Of a stretch of DNA of 64,000 nt, positions 62,099 through 64,000 are shown piece after piece. Source of the stretch: Tubulanus polymorphus (Eukaryota > Animalia > Nemertea); assembly GCF_964204645.1 (NCBI RefSeq), contig NC_134026.1, positions 19,718,467 through 19,782,466 of the forward strand, in the 5' to 3' direction. Positions within the stretch are counted from its first letter, which is position 1. Every line of letters starts with the position of its first letter. Below the pieces are notes generated by a model. That model did no database searches. It had not been told where the DNA came from and worked only from the letters and a program-made list of their open reading frames with translations. A program made the position numbers and the translations under genes.

Positions 62099-63439
62099 AA
62101 TTTTCTGGTATTGGAATCGGCATCAAAGATGAATATACTGGTGCTGTTGTATAATGTCTATATATTATGCAATATTACATTATTTGACGTATCAAATTAT
62201 CAAGTTAGTTTTCTTTTTATCTGCCCACCATACTGGACCAACTCCGGTTATCTGAGTGAGTCGACTATAGTCGAACTAAGTGAAACCGAATTGCAGTTAG
62301 TCGGAACTATATTCCGGAAATAGTTCAGAAATAAAGCGCATTCGGTTATTAGTTCCGACCAAGTCGACTAGATACGAAAAAAGAATTTAGAACCGGCTGT
62401 TGATTAATATGGCGCCAGAAATGTAAGGCGAAAAATGAGAAATATGAATTTATGTCACCACCAGGACACCGTCGTATACATATGAGATGTCTAAAACTAA
62501 ATTAAATTTCTTTAACTAATTCAATATTCAATATACCATTAAACGATTACCATGATGGCGATATGTATATCCGGACTAGGAAAACGAGACATTTTTTATT
62601 TGGAATTTCGAATGTCTGTGTCGATAGTCCAGAGCCCGACCTCACGACCCTAAAAAGTTACGTGGTTCGATTTTTAGGTTTCTTCGCTTCATTTAATATT
62701 TCTAAAATGATAGAAACGCATATATAGGAGAACAACACACAGGGAATGTAAGCTTCAAATACAGCTTTTAAGTAGCGATAACGGGTTTTCTGCCTAGCAG
62801 CATCATACATATGCAAACCCTTGGAAATTATAGATAGAAATCAAAAATTGTTTATTGTCGGGGTTTCGAACCTGATATGACGGGTATAGTTAGTATAGTA
62901 TAGTATAGTAGTTTATTTGTCACCATCAATATGTACAAGATTAATAATAACAATAGTAAATTACAAACAATGAGGTGGCAGGAGCCTGAACGGAGCCATA
63001 AAGGCTGTATATCCAAAAGGATGTTCAGACACCTACGTTGTTGAATTTTTCATAGCACAATAAGACCCTAAAATTACTTTCGATACCAAGAGGCCCTATG
63101 AGTCTATCAACTTGAATCGACGTGTATCGGATTCAAACCCAAAACGGCGGTTTCTAATTTTTTTTTTGAGTGGAAAGCAAATCTATATTTCAATGGAATC
63201 CAAATCCAATGATGACCGGCACTGCTGGCCGTAAAAATATTTTCGTAATTTGAAATATTTTCGTATCTGAAATGAAATAGAATCTGTGTTGTGGGTGTAA
63301 AAACTCAACGAGATTACACGAGATCATAGTCATCCCACGCTACGATCAACATGGCATACTCACACTATATTCATGTATTATAAAACATTTTACCCTTTAA
63401 ATAAGTCTGTTCGATGATTCGGTAGATTGAACTGAAAAC

Positions 63440-64000
63440 TTTCTGAAGCAATTGGCTGAAACTTTTTTTATCCTACTTTACGCACACGACGCTGTAATTG
63501 TATCAGAATCTGCAGAAGGTCTACAACTTGCTCTAGATTCCTTAATTGAGTACTGTAAAATATGGAATCTAGCTATTAATAGTGACAAAACCAAAATTAT
63601 TATCTTCCAGAAAAGAAAACCACGCCAGACAAAAATCTAAAGTTTCACCTTGGTAAAGATGATATAGAAATCGTAGATGACTTTATGTACCTTGGTATTG
63701 TGTTTAACTATAATGGTTCTTTTACTAAATGCCGAAAGGCATTGCGCGATAGCGCTATTATATCTATGTATGCAATACTTAGAAAGTGTCAACAGTTACG
63801 ATTAAGCATCGATGTCAGTCTCCACTTATTTAATAGTATGGTTAAGCCGATTTTGCTTAACGCTTGTGAAATATGGGGCTACGAAAATCTAAATATCATT
63901 GAAAATGTTCATCTATTATTCTGTAAGTACGTCCTTAGACTGAATAAGTCGACACCCAATTTTATGGTGTACGGAGAACTCGGTCGAATTCCTCTTGAAA
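63440..64000 (+). mobile_element. Non-LTR retrotransposon (LINE) reverse-transcriptase fragment. It is 5'-truncated and degenerate, and runs off the window.
   Basis: …LLYAHDAVIVSESAEGLQLALDSLIEYCKIWNLAINSDKTKIIIF… (RT motif 5, YADD-like, and motif 6) continues in frame as …FMYLGIVFNYNGSF…VKPILLNACEIWGY…FMVYGELGRIPLE. This is the typical LINE RT C-terminal thumb. Confidence 0.8.

Noticed and set aside
1-64000. CRISPR arrays, operons or other prokaryotic features
   Set aside because: The sequence is unmistakably eukaryotic (spliced multi-exon genes, MITEs, LINE, ITS). No direct-repeat/spacer architecture is present.

Overview
This window is eukaryotic nuclear DNA, intron-rich and repeat-rich (AT ≈ 60%), most likely from an invertebrate metazoan (interstitial TTAGGG arrays, many MITEs). 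I find no prokaryotic features and no CRISPR.

Three multi-exon protein-coding genes are reconstructable by eye from splice signals plus remembered protein homology:
- **GIPC-like PDZ adaptor**, + strand, 5 coding exons, 4292..17361, with an 8.5-kb repeat-filled first intron.
- **ERI1/ERI3-family DEDDh 3'-5' exoribonuclease**, − strand, 7 coding exons, 27961..21980.
- **SARA/endofin (ZFYVE9/ZFYVE16) orthologue**, + strand, 17 coding exons, 29719..50227. It has a 2-kb low-complexity exon, a FYVE finger, a Smad-binding-like segment, a PP1c-docking-like motif and the C-terminal SARA domain.

The ERI3-like and SARA-like genes are head-to-head. The GIPC and ERI3-like genes are tail-to-tail.

Other content:
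- A decayed pogo/Tigger-type DDE transposase at the 5' edge. Its ORF ends in a GT donor that splices in frame into a string of downstream exons, suggesting a possible chimeric or domesticated transcript.
- A 2.15-kb DNA transposon with 33-bp TIRs and a 7-bp TSD, carrying a C4 zinc-finger ORF, nested in an ERI3-like intron.
- A frameshifted rhodopsin-like GPCR, probably a pseudogene.
- A LINE reverse-transcriptase fragment.
- Several MITE, hairpin and foldback families, tRNA-derived SINEs, dispersed repeats, satellites and microsatellites, and two interstitial telomeric-repeat blocks.

All coordinates were counted by hand and are accurate to about ±2 nt.
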